DNA from: a virus
IMG/VR virus record: IMGVR_UViG_3300027797_000003
Strand: one strand, 5' to 3'
DNA: 38,390 nucleotides
Positions within the stretch are counted from its first letter, which is position 1. Each line of letters begins with the position of its first letter. The notes beneath the pieces are model-generated. The model did not search any database. It saw only the letters and a list, made by a program, of their open reading frames with translations, and was not told the origin of the DNA. Positions 31,038-38,390 of the stretch are shown here, piece after piece. A program made the translations under genes and the position numbers.

Positions 31038-32123
31038 ATGGCTCCTGATTATTCGGAGCGTTGGGCTAAGGCGGGGCGGGGCGAACTTATCGCTCCGCCC
31101 TCCTCGTCTAAGGCTTCATACAACTATTATGTTCCGTTAGTAAAAGCAGCAGACGATTATGTTCACTGGGCGCAAACACCACACGAACGCATCTACCTAG
31201 GGTTCCCTGAGATTGATGCACAAATGCGTGGTATTGCACCATCAGAAATGTGTTTAATTAACGGTTACAGTCACAGTGGTAAAACATTGGTGCTGTTACA
31301 AATCTTGGTTGCTAATCGTGACAAGCGTGTAATTTACTTTTGTCCTGACGAACCACGAACCTTAACACTAATTAAACTGGCTTGCATAACACACGGTATT
31401 GATGCGAATGTCCTTGAGACTAATGTGTCATTGGGTGAACCCAGCAGTATTGCTTTGCTTCGTGAAACAGCGCAAGAGTTCTTTCCGAACCTTGCAGTGT
31501 TTGACCAGACCGTATCCCTTATAGATATGGAACGAGCATTATCTGAGTACACTGATGTTATCGGTGACCCACAACTAATCGTTGTGGATTACCTAGATTT
31601 GATTACAGGTGGTGGCGAGGACATTCCATCTAAGGCAAACAGTATCAAAGCGTTTGGTAAGCGACATAATGTTCCACTTATGGTGTTGCATCAGTCGTCC
31701 CGTACTGCTGGTGCTGACGGCAAAAAGATGACGATTAGTTCGGGTGCTTTCGGTGGTGAACAACAAGCAACACACATTGTTGGTGTACGCCGTAAACGAT
31801 TTGAGATTGAGGGATATGTTCGTGACCTGCAAGAGAAACTTGACAGGGCTACAAACACGGAGCGTATTATAGAGAAAATAGAATCATTGCAATATGACCT
31901 GCGTATCCATCAGGATACGGTTACTGTGAACTTGGTTAAGTGTAAGCGTCCAGCATCAAAACTGTTGGATGACATGGACTTCACTATAGAAGCAGGGACA
32001 GGCAGATTGAACCGTCTTGACAACGGTGTACTACCGTACAAAGAGGACAGACCACTACCACCCACTATAGCAGAAATGGTTGATGCACAGTCAGAAGTAA
32101 TAGACGCACTAGCAGATTGGTGA
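31038..32123 (+). CDS. DnaB-like (RecA-fold) replicative helicase, 361 aa
   Basis: Walker A GYSHSGKT, Walker B LIVVDYLDL, and HQSSR following. Confidence 0.7.
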   Translation: MAPDYSERWAKAGRGELIAPPSSSKASYNYYVPLVKAADDYVHWAQTPHERIYLGFPEIDAQMRGIAPSEMCLINGYSHSGKTLVLLQILVANRDKRVIYFCPDEPRTLTLIKLACITHGIDANVLETNVSLGEPSSIALLRETAQEFFPNLAVFDQTVSLIDMERALSEYTDVIGDPQLIVVDYLDLITGGGEDIPSKANSIKAFGKRHNVPLMVLHQSSRTAGADGKKMTISSGAFGGEQQATHIVGVRRKRFEIEGYVRDLQEKLDRATNTERIIEKIESLQYDLRIHQDTVTVNLVKCKRPASKLLDDMDFTIEAGTGRLNRLDNGVLPYKEDRPLPPTIAEMVDAQSEVIDALADW

Positions 32124-32126
32124 CAT

Positions 32127-33053
32127 ATGATACCTGATTACCTACTCAAAGACTTCATAACTTTATTCAGAGGTCGTGGAGATGTTTACGGACATGACGA
32201 AGGTCGTTGTGTCAAAGCACCACTAACAGACGAAGTGTTCCAAAAACATTTCAAAGACGAACCTATTGGCGTGTATCCTATGGTGCCACATCACGGCGAG
32301 TATTATGTTGCATGGGGTTGCGTGGACTACGATACAACAGATGCCAAAGAAAATGCTATCAAACTTTATGACGCATTACAGGAAGCAGGTATTACATCGT
32401 GGATAGAGAAGTCCAGAAGTAAGGGTTATCATGTTTGGGTATTTGCCGAACACGCTGTCCACGCTACCGATATGCGTAATATGTTGCTTATGGCATCACA
32501 GGTAGCAGAAACACCAACAACAGAAGTCAATCCCAAGCAAACCACACTTAAGCAAGGTCAGTACGGTAACTATGTTCGCTTACCTTGGGCACACATTGAC
32601 GACAAGTACACAGATAAACAGCGTATGATTTATCGTGAGCGTATCAACGACTGGCAACAGCCGTTGATACCAATGTTGTTCATTGACTTTGTTCGTAACG
32701 CTATGGAGAAGCGTGTATCCAGTGCCGACATTAAGCGCATTGCCGACATGTATGTTCCACCAGTCACAATCACACCAGATATTACACCAGACTACGAGTA
32801 TGATGCCACGCTAAGCGAGGCTATGGAGTCCCTAAGCCCCCTAGGTAAGGTTATCTGGCGTGACGGTCCACTGAGCGGTAAGGACCGTTCCACTACATTA
32901 GCCAAACTTGGACATGAGTCAGTTCGCTCAGGTCTTAATCCGTCACAAACCAAAACGATTCTGCGTACAGCCGACAAGCGTTGGGGTAAGTATCACATTC
33001 GCCCTAACGGCGAATTAGAAATAGACAAACTAGTAGTCAGGGTACATTCATGA
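32127..33053 (+). CDS. Archaeo-eukaryotic-type primase-polymerase, 308 aa
   Basis: AEP motifs: WGCVDYD (acidic motif I) and SKGYHVWVF (motif II histidine). Confidence 0.65.
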   Translation: MIPDYLLKDFITLFRGRGDVYGHDEGRCVKAPLTDEVFQKHFKDEPIGVYPMVPHHGEYYVAWGCVDYDTTDAKENAIKLYDALQEAGITSWIEKSRSKGYHVWVFAEHAVHATDMRNMLLMASQVAETPTTEVNPKQTTLKQGQYGNYVRLPWAHIDDKYTDKQRMIYRERINDWQQPLIPMLFIDFVRNAMEKRVSSADIKRIADMYVPPVTITPDITPDYEYDATLSEAMESLSPLGKVIWRDGPLSGKDRSTTLAKLGHESVRSGLNPSQTKTILRTADKRWGKYHIRPNGELEIDKLVVRVHS

Positions 33054-33223
33054 GCATAGAACAATCAAAGAAACGCAATGCACGACATGGAGCATACAAG
33101 TTCTGGACTTCAATTCCTAAAGCATCCGACATCAAAATTACTAAGGCTGATGGAACTGTTACATATCAGAAGGTTGACAACAAGGCTTATGCGGCTAAAG
33201 TTATTCGTAAGGCAAAATCATGA
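33050..33223 (+). CDS. Small basic protein, 57 aa
   Basis: ATGA overlap with the 33053 stop. Sequence MSIEQSKKRNARHGAYKFWTSIPKASDIKITKADGTVTYQKVDNKAYAAKVIRKAKS. Preferred over the tracked alternate-frame ORF 33078..33284. Confidence 0.45.
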   Translation: MSIEQSKKRNARHGAYKFWTSIPKASDIKITKADGTVTYQKVDNKAYAAKVIRKAKS

Positions 33224-33390
33224 TAGTACAAATTCGTTGCAGACAATGCGGTGTAAAAGTGAGTCACGACCCATTCAGTCTTAGGAGTTGTAACTGTGAC
33301 CCAGATTCATCATCGTGGGTTGCTTTGGATAAAAACTGTAAACTTATAAAAGGTTCGGGTTCTAATGTTGAAATACTGGAAGAAAAATGA
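33220..33390 (+). CDS. Small zinc-ribbon-like protein, 56 aa
   Basis: ATGA overlaps at both ends. Sequence MIVQIRCRQCGVKVSHDPFSLRSCNCDPDSSSWVALDKNCKLIKGSGSNVEILEEK. Confidence 0.45.
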   Translation: MIVQIRCRQCGVKVSHDPFSLRSCNCDPDSSSWVALDKNCKLIKGSGSNVEILEEK

Positions 33391-33968
33391 CAACCATCCT
33401 AGCAATCCAAGGTGACGGTTACGCTGCCATAGGTTCAGACTCCCAGTGGACCGATGATTATGGGCGTGTCGGGAAAATGGCGCAATCAAAAGTTGTGACA
33501 TTGGGCAGATACCTAGTTGGTATCGCTGGAGACACGAGGGGGGCAAACATTGTGCAACACATGTTTGTTCCCCCAGCGTTACCTGTCAAGTTGTCGGGTA
33601 ACAAACTAACAAACCTTATGGTAACACAGTTTGTTCCCACATTAAGAGAGTGCCTAGAAAAAAATGGTGCAGGTCGTCCACAATATGATGACCAGCCAGC
33701 ACAATCAGCCAACGACATCCTAGTGTGCGCCAACGGTGTTATCTACCAAATTGATACAGACTATGGCACTGAGATAGATTCATGTAATCTTTACGCTATA
33801 GGTTCTGGTGCGCATTATGGGTTGGGTGCGCTGCAAGCATTAATCGGAACCAAGAAACCGTCTATTAATACTGCTAAGCAAATCATTCTCAAGTCGTTAA
33901 ACATATCAGCGAAGTTTGATAGTGGTAGTGGTGCACCGTTTTACACATTTTTGCAAGTTGCTAAGTAG
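33387..33968 (+). CDS. HslV / proteasome beta-like Ntn-hydrolase (threonine protease) homolog, 193 aa
   Basis: The MTTILAIQGDG..IGSDSQ...SKVVTLG..LVGIAGDT...LYAIGSGAHYGLGALQAL pattern parallels E. coli HslV (MTTIVSV..GDGQ..KKVRRL..AGFAGGT..IAIGSGG). The nucleophile Thr directly follows Met1. Confidence 0.7.
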   Translation: MTTILAIQGDGYAAIGSDSQWTDDYGRVGKMAQSKVVTLGRYLVGIAGDTRGANIVQHMFVPPALPVKLSGNKLTNLMVTQFVPTLRECLEKNGAGRPQYDDQPAQSANDILVCANGVIYQIDTDYGTEIDSCNLYAIGSGAHYGLGALQALIGTKKPSINTAKQIILKSLNISAKFDSGSGAPFYTFLQVAK

Positions 33969-34312
33969 TGAAACCACATTCCATATCCATTGAGATGAAA
34001 CCCATACCGAAGGGTCGTCCAAGGATGACACGCCGAGGGCGTGTCTTTACACCACAAACAACCATAGATGCTGAAACAATTGTGCGTGAGGCGTGGACAG
34101 GACCTTGTTATGAAGGTGATGTAAGTTTGGTGTGCCAGTTCACTAAAGAAAGCGTAACTTTAACTGTCAGCGAAATATCAGAAGGAACATTAACAAAATC
34201 CACATTACGAGGAGACATAGATAACTATGTCAAGTTGTTGATGGACGGACTGAATGGAGTAGCATGGCAGGACGACAAGCAAGTCAAACTATTGATAGCA
34301 ACAAAAGAGTGA
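33968..34312 (+). CDS. rusA: RusA-family Holliday junction resolvase
   Basis: PKGRPR...GRVFTP...GDIDNYVKLLMDGLNGVAWQDDKQV signature; GTG start. Confidence 0.75.
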   Translation: MKPHSISIEMKPIPKGRPRMTRRGRVFTPQTTIDAETIVREAWTGPCYEGDVSLVCQFTKESVTLTVSEISEGTLTKSTLRGDIDNYVKLLMDGLNGVAWQDDKQVKLLIATKE

Positions 34313-34779
34313 ACCAATCTGATTATGATATTGCACCAAAACAATATGACTTCCACACAGATTTACGGTACGGTAAGAAAGGTGAGAAACTTGTTGAAGA
34401 GTTTCTTGAAACCCTTAGTGGTGGTGCGTTTGAAGTTAAAACAGACCGTTACCGTAATGGTCGTATGGTATTGGAAATGGAACACAATCCCCGTAGGCAA
34501 ACTGATGCAGAGGGTAAACCGTTATGGAAACCGTCAGGTTTGGCAATCACTAAAGCACGCTGGTGGGTCTATGTTTACACGCTTGACGGTTCGTTTGTTA
34601 TTGTGGATGTACCACGCATTAAAAGGTATCTTAAAATTAACAAAGATAGATTCAACTCCAAGAGATACCACGATTTTGCTCACCGAAGCAGTAACCCCTC
34701 CAAAGGATATCTATTACAACCAGAAGATGTAATGGACATGATGATTAACCCAGCATATGACACAGTATCCAAGTTATAA
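34309..34779 (+). CDS. Hypothetical protein, 156 aa (possible nuclease fold)
   Basis: GTG at 34309 overlaps the RusA stop (GTGA). The alternate-frame ORF 34325..34732 is rejected. Confidence 0.55.
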   Translation: MNQSDYDIAPKQYDFHTDLRYGKKGEKLVEEFLETLSGGAFEVKTDRYRNGRMVLEMEHNPRRQTDAEGKPLWKPSGLAITKARWWVYVYTLDGSFVIVDVPRIKRYLKINKDRFNSKRYHDFAHRSSNPSKGYLLQPEDVMDMMINPAYDTVSKL

Positions 34780-35131
34780 CAACCCGCTATCAGACGGCAA
34801 GGACATCCCTGATGTAAGGGAATACGACCCCGATAGCACAGAGTGGCTTATGATGCCACACCAAGTTGTCGTACCCTTGGTTGACAACGATGAACTCATT
34901 GAACTTGTGCGTGAACTTTTGTCCACGCTAGATGACATTGACCAACAGATGATACAATTAATTTATTACGAAAGAAAAACATTTCAAGAAGCAGCACAAA
35001 TCATAGGCATACGAGCCAAGTCTCACGCTTGGCGTAAAACTAAAGCAGCAATGAAAAAACTGGAAGCCACATTACGAAGTGATGTGGGATTAATGGAACT
35101 ACTGGAGAAAAAATATGACATCCATAACTAG
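34757..35131 (+). CDS. Sigma-70 region-4-like HTH protein, 124 aa
   Basis: LSTLDDIDQQMIQLIYYERKTFQEAAQIIGIRAKSHAWRKTKAAMKKL matches the region 4.2 layout (L..E..v..L.y.e..s..EiA..lg.s...v......A...L). No region 2 is visible. Confidence 0.55.
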   Translation: MTQYPSYNNPLSDGKDIPDVREYDPDSTEWLMMPHQVVVPLVDNDELIELVRELLSTLDDIDQQMIQLIYYERKTFQEAAQIIGIRAKSHAWRKTKAAMKKLEATLRSDVGLMELLEKKYDIHN

Positions 35132-35624
35132 AAAACATAACCACAAAAACTTTAACCAAGCGGCACAGGCAGCATATAACACTATAATCTCTGAAGCAAA
35201 AACAACCTTATCAGACCCACAAAAGTTTAGCCCAGTACAAACCTTTATCTCACGATGGGTTAAAGAATTATCTGAAGGCGAATACAATTCAGATGACACA
35301 GAGTTGGTTATAATGGTTTCCAAACGAGCAGGTGTAGAAGCAATGTACTGGCTAACAGAAAACTTAGGAACAACGATGCCTGACATCGTTGAAATTGTAT
35401 GCAAAAAACAGCATGACTACGGTCATCAAAACATCAACAACTTTGGTATTATCGGTGTCGGTATAAGACTGTGCGACAAAATCGCACGAATCAAAAACCT
35501 AGAAAAAACTGCTACCCCACAAAACGAATCACTCATTGACTCATACATAGACATAGTAGGATACTCTATCATTGCTATAATGTTAGGAGAAGATTCATTC
35601 CAACTACAACTCAAAGCAGTATGA
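35115..35624 (+). CDS. DUF1599-like (nucleotide-modification-associated domain) protein, 169 aa
   Basis: CKKQHDYGHQNINNFGIIGVGIRLCDKIARIKNL matches the K..DYG...I..FG..G...R..DK..R...L core as I recall it. Confidence 0.5.
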   Translation: MTSITRKHNHKNFNQAAQAAYNTIISEAKTTLSDPQKFSPVQTFISRWVKELSEGEYNSDDTELVIMVSKRAGVEAMYWLTENLGTTMPDIVEIVCKKQHDYGHQNINNFGIIGVGIRLCDKIARIKNLEKTATPQNESLIDSYIDIVGYSIIAIMLGEDSFQLQLKAV

Positions 35625-35625
35625 T

Positions 35626-35784
35626 ATGAGCAAATCAAAAAAGTTAAACCTAGAAATATTGAACGAACAACTAACACATTTGCATGCAGAACTAACCAAG
35701 GCTGGCGCACCCAAGGCTGCGATGCGCCGTGTAGAAGATATAACTGTGTCTGTTAAATGGATAGAAAATAAGTTCCATGACTGA
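35626..35784 (+). CDS. Hypothetical protein, 52 aa
   Basis: The ATG lies 1 nt after the 35624 stop. Sequence MSKSKKLNLEILNEQLTHLHAELTKAGAPKAAMRRVEDITVSVKWIENKFHD. ATGACTGA overlap with 35777. Below the track cut-off. Confidence 0.5.
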   Translation: MSKSKKLNLEILNEQLTHLHAELTKAGAPKAAMRRVEDITVSVKWIENKFHD

Positions 35785-36025
35785 GTTCAACTTTGACCCT
35801 GATGACATGACAGAACTGTCAGGAATATTTGCTGAAATGATAGCCGACAATGAGGATGGATTCATTATGGAGTTTGGTATAAGCCGTCTTGCCGCTAAAG
35901 AAGTTGTTGAAATGTGGACTCAAGCATCCAAAGGAAACAAACTTGCTCAAGCAGCATCATGGTTAGAGTACTCTAAAATTGTTGGACAACTTGCTAAAGC
36001 GTTAGAACAAGGAAACTACGGCTGA
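35777..36025 (+). CDS. Acidic hypothetical protein, 82 aa
   Basis: ORF track. It is the last rightward gene, and its 3' end overlaps the 3' end of the giant leftward ORF by 10 bp. Confidence 0.6.
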   Translation: MTEFNFDPDDMTELSGIFAEMIADNEDGFIMEFGISRLAAKEVVEMWTQASKGNKLAQAASWLEYSKIVGQLAKALEQGNYG

Positions 36026-38390
36026 ATAGGTTCTTCGGTTTGAGTCATCTGTCTAGACTTTATAACACCTTTAAGTTCTTTTTCAAGGTCTTGTAAGTTA
36101 AACTTACGCCTGATGGCTTCGCCACGCTGTTGCTGTTCACCAATTTGACGATACGGTACACCAAACCAGTTCAACACATTACCCAACCAACGCTCCTCAA
36201 GCGACTCCTTGCCACCCAACTTGCCACCAGTTACACGGAACGCTTGTGCCAGAGTAGGTAAAGCCTGCTCAATAATATAAGTAGCCCTAGGGTCAATCAT
36301 CATCTTACCGCTCTCAGGGTCAATGTCAGCCCACTGAGTGCCACTAAGGTTATACAACAACTTAGCAACAGCAGACTCAACACCATTAGCAGTGCGCTTG
36401 TCACCAAACGGAATGTCCAACGCTACTTGCTTACCAAGCCATAGTTCTGCTGGAACCCGCAATAGCGGGTTTGCCATACCAATTAAACCACTAGGAGTAC
36501 CAATGTCTTTGAGGTTCTGTGCCAAACGAACCATAGGTAAATCTGGTGTTAAGACAGCATTAAGACCCGCACCTAAAGGACCAGCCTTCTGAATCCAACT
36601 AGGAACCAATAACTCGCTATTAACAGGAAACTCACGCTTAATGCGTTCGTACTGAATGTAAGCCTTAGGACGAGTAACCATTTGCGAAACCTGCAAAGGA
36701 ATGTTACGGCTAGTCCACAACCAAAACGGAACATACTTTTTGGCTCTTGCGTCCAACGCAGACAAGTCAGTGTAATCAAAGTGCACACGGCGAATACGGG
36801 CAACAGCCTCATCAAAGTCCATGCCACGCCGAACCGAATCCAACGCCATAGGAATACGCAAAGCGTTCTCCACAAAATCATTCTTACGACTATAGAAACC
36901 TAGGTACTTGTTACTATAACGAGTAACCACATTACCTTTAGCACCTTCAAGACTGAACGATGGCAAAGCCATATCATCGCTTTGCCCACGACCAGTAGCA
37001 GCAACAATCTTTTGAACCAACTCTGCTTCAGCCATCTCGGCATCGGTTAATAACCCAGCCCTAGCCATCCAGTTAGCATATGTTTCGCCAACAGCACGCT
37101 TACCTTTAGATTCCGCTTGTGCTCGTGCCCACTTCAAACCGATGTTCATTTCGTCCACGCCAACACCATCAGCGTAGTTCATGAATGCACCAGAAAAACC
37201 GTTACGCATAAAAAAGCCAACAGAAGCGGTAACATACCGCTTCCAATAGTTGTTTAAATTATTAGCGTACTTAAACATTTTTTCTGCTTCAGCAGTGTCA
37301 CGCAACTTCCTAAGATTAGGTGCCCATTTAGCGGCAACCTCATCAGGAACCTGAACACCTAAACCTTTAAGTTCTTCCCAACCACGCTCAGTATCCTCAA
37401 AAATTGCTTTACCGATTTCACCAGCCCTAGCACGAGAAAGTTTTAAAGCATTATCAGCAATCTCATTATCAATTTTACCCAACTCAATTTCACCGAAATG
37501 AATCAAACCCACAACACGGTCGTAAGCATCCTTTAAGGCTGGGTCAAAATCCATTAAAGCACTATTCTCTAAAGCCCGTTCCATATCACGAACCCAAGCA
37601 GCATTAGAAGCACCAGTAGAACCCTTAGCAGGCTTACGATTCAACAACAATTTAACACCCTGACGCTCGTTATCAATCCTGCTGGCTACAGCACCATCCC
37701 AAAATTGCATAGCAGTAGCATTATCTAACAGAACTGGCAGTCGCTCTTCAAGCGACAGACGCATAGAAACAGCCTCTTCAGTTAAACCAAACTCATTAGC
37801 CAAAACTCTTTCAATCTGACGGTCAACATTATTTGTTTCTCTAGCAAGGACAGAATCCATTTGAGCAAGTTGTTTTCTTGCTTTCTTTATAGGAATATCT
37901 TTGCCTTCAAACTTTACGGTTTCGTTAGCACGCATCCGCTCAACAAGATTATCGGCAGGATTATTTAAACTATCCAACTCTTTAGCAAGGCTATCTCGTG
38001 CTTCTTGCACTGCTTGTAAGTCAATTCCTTCTGTGCGCAAAGAATCGCCTCTGGAAATTAAATCAAGTTCATAAGATTCTTTTGACCCACGCAAAATGTT
38101 TTCTGCCAAAGGATTGTCCATGACAGTTTGCCACTCATCAGTAACACCAAAACCAACCTTTGGGGTTGGTGTATCCTTGGGAAGTAATATAGCCCATTCC
38201 GAACCAATATCTTCCATGTCGGGGAAAATGGTACGCATAGGAACAAGAGTTCCCTTAAAGCCGCTATCAACAGCATCATCTGTTAATCCCCGCAGAAAGT
38301 CATTAATCATACCATTAGCAACATTGTCACTATTATCAATAGAGTACTCTGCTGCAATTTGTTGGAAGTTATTTTGTAACCAACCAAAGA
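36016..38390 (-). CDS. C-terminal ~749 codons (unique part 36016-38263) of the ~1730-aa wrap-around ORF
   Basis: The tracked ORF 36016..38310 starts at the first in-window Met, but the frame stays open to the window end and continues at 1..2945 through the 127-bp overlap. Confidence 0.8.
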   Translation of the reverse strand, partial: FGWLQNNFQQIAAEYSIDNSDNVANGMINDFLRGLTDDAVDSGFKGTLVPMRTIFPDMEDIGSEWAILLPKDTPTPKVGFGVTDEWQTVMDNPLAENILRGSKESYELDLISRGDSLRTEGIDLQAVQEARDSLAKELDSLNNPADNLVERMRANETVKFEGKDIPIKKARKQLAQMDSVLARETNNVDRQIERVLANEFGLTEEAVSMRLSLEERLPVLLDNATAMQFWDGAVASRIDNERQGVKLLLNRKPAKGSTGASNAAWVRDMERALENSALMDFDPALKDAYDRVVGLIHFGEIELGKIDNEIADNALKLSRARAGEIGKAIFEDTERGWEELKGLGVQVPDEVAAKWAPNLRKLRDTAEAEKMFKYANNLNNYWKRYVTASVGFFMRNGFSGAFMNYADGVGVDEMNIGLKWARAQAESKGKRAVGETYANWMARAGLLTDAEMAEAELVQKIVAATGRGQSDDMALPSFSLEGAKGNVVTRYSNKYLGFYSRKNDFVENALRIPMALDSVRRGMDFDEAVARIRRVHFDYTDLSALDARAKKYVPFWLWTSRNIPLQVSQMVTRPKAYIQYERIKREFPVNSELLVPSWIQKAGPLGAGLNAVLTPDLPMVRLAQNLKDIGTPSGLIGMANPLLRVPAELWLGKQVALDIPFGDKRTANGVESAVAKLLYNLSGTQWADIDPESGKMMIDPRATYIIEQALPTLAQAFRVTGGKLGGKESLEERWLGNVLNWFGVPYRQIGEQQQRGEAIRRKFNLQDLEKELKGVIKSRQMTQTEEPIQP
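38264..38390. repeat. Exact 127-bp duplicate of 1-127
   Basis: See the first feature. Confidence 0.95.

Noticed and set aside
33078-33284. Tracked 68-aa ORF 33078..33284 (+).
   Set aside because: It is the alternate frame to two smaller ORFs (33050..33223 and 33220..33390) that show the genome-typical ATGA stop/start overlaps and more protein-like sequences. The tracked product is L/R/H-rich and has no SD.
34325-34732. Tracked 135-aa ORF in the alternate frame within 34309..34779.
   Set aside because: It is fully nested out of frame in a longer ORF that is coupled to rusA by a GTGA overlap. Its sequence (VVVRLKLKQTVTVMVVWYWKW…) looks non-native.
36016-38310. Acidic DFD-containing strings in the giant ORF (GMDFDEAV, LMDFDPAL) as a possible RNAP metal-binding motif like NADFDGD or DxDxD.
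   Set aside because: These are two short acidic tripeptides with no surrounding conserved context that I can recognise, which is not evidence for a polymerase. It is mentioned only as something a structure-based search should explicitly test.
1-38390. Searched by eye for CRISPR arrays, rRNA, integrase/recombinase, transposase/IS ends, toxin-antitoxin pairs and reverse transcriptase (DGR).
   Set aside because: None was recognisable. The only repeats are those listed above. The absence of an integrase or repressor suggests a lytic lifestyle, but this is negative evidence from manual inspection only.

Overview
The window is one complete phage genome. Its first 127 bases are identical to its last 127, so the unique sequence is about 38,263 bp and closes into a circle. 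The structural gene order is podovirus/T7-like (portal, scaffold, capsid, tail tubular A/B-like, then internal proteins of increasing size). I could not recognise an RNA polymerase, DNA polymerase, integrase, tRNA or CRISPR array.

There are two arms:
- **Leftward arm (minus strand, 22453 down to 1, wrapping to 36016).** It carries a TerS-like protein, two glycine-rich fibre-like paralogs and a secreted PA14-domain protein. These are followed by a lysis cassette, TerL, portal, scaffold and capsid, then three very basic Lys/Ala-rich proteins, tail proteins and internal proteins. The last gene is a ~1730-aa ORF that crosses the window junction and is absent from the ORF track.
- **Rightward arm (plus strand, about 22.7-36.0 kb).** It carries small early genes, then a MoxR/CobS-like AAA+ ATPase with a possible VWA-like partner, a DUF3846-like protein and a Cas4-like nuclease. 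Next come a DnaB-like helicase, an AEP primase-polymerase, an HslV/proteasome-like Ntn protease and RusA, and finally a sigma region-4-like protein and a DUF1599-like protein.

Sequence-level signals worth follow-up:
- Five same-orientation copies of a 22-bp block, GGGTGTR-N3-GTCAAAGA. Three are in tandem behind a C-tract-rich 580-bp ORF-free leader.
- The octamer TAGGGAAC at seven gene junctions.
- A divergent control region with helically phased TGTTACA sites.
- GNRA-looped hairpins bracketing the gene after the capsid gene.
- Strand-specific (G-U containing) hairpins between early transcription units.

All functional calls rest on motifs, size and gene order read by eye. No database search was possible.
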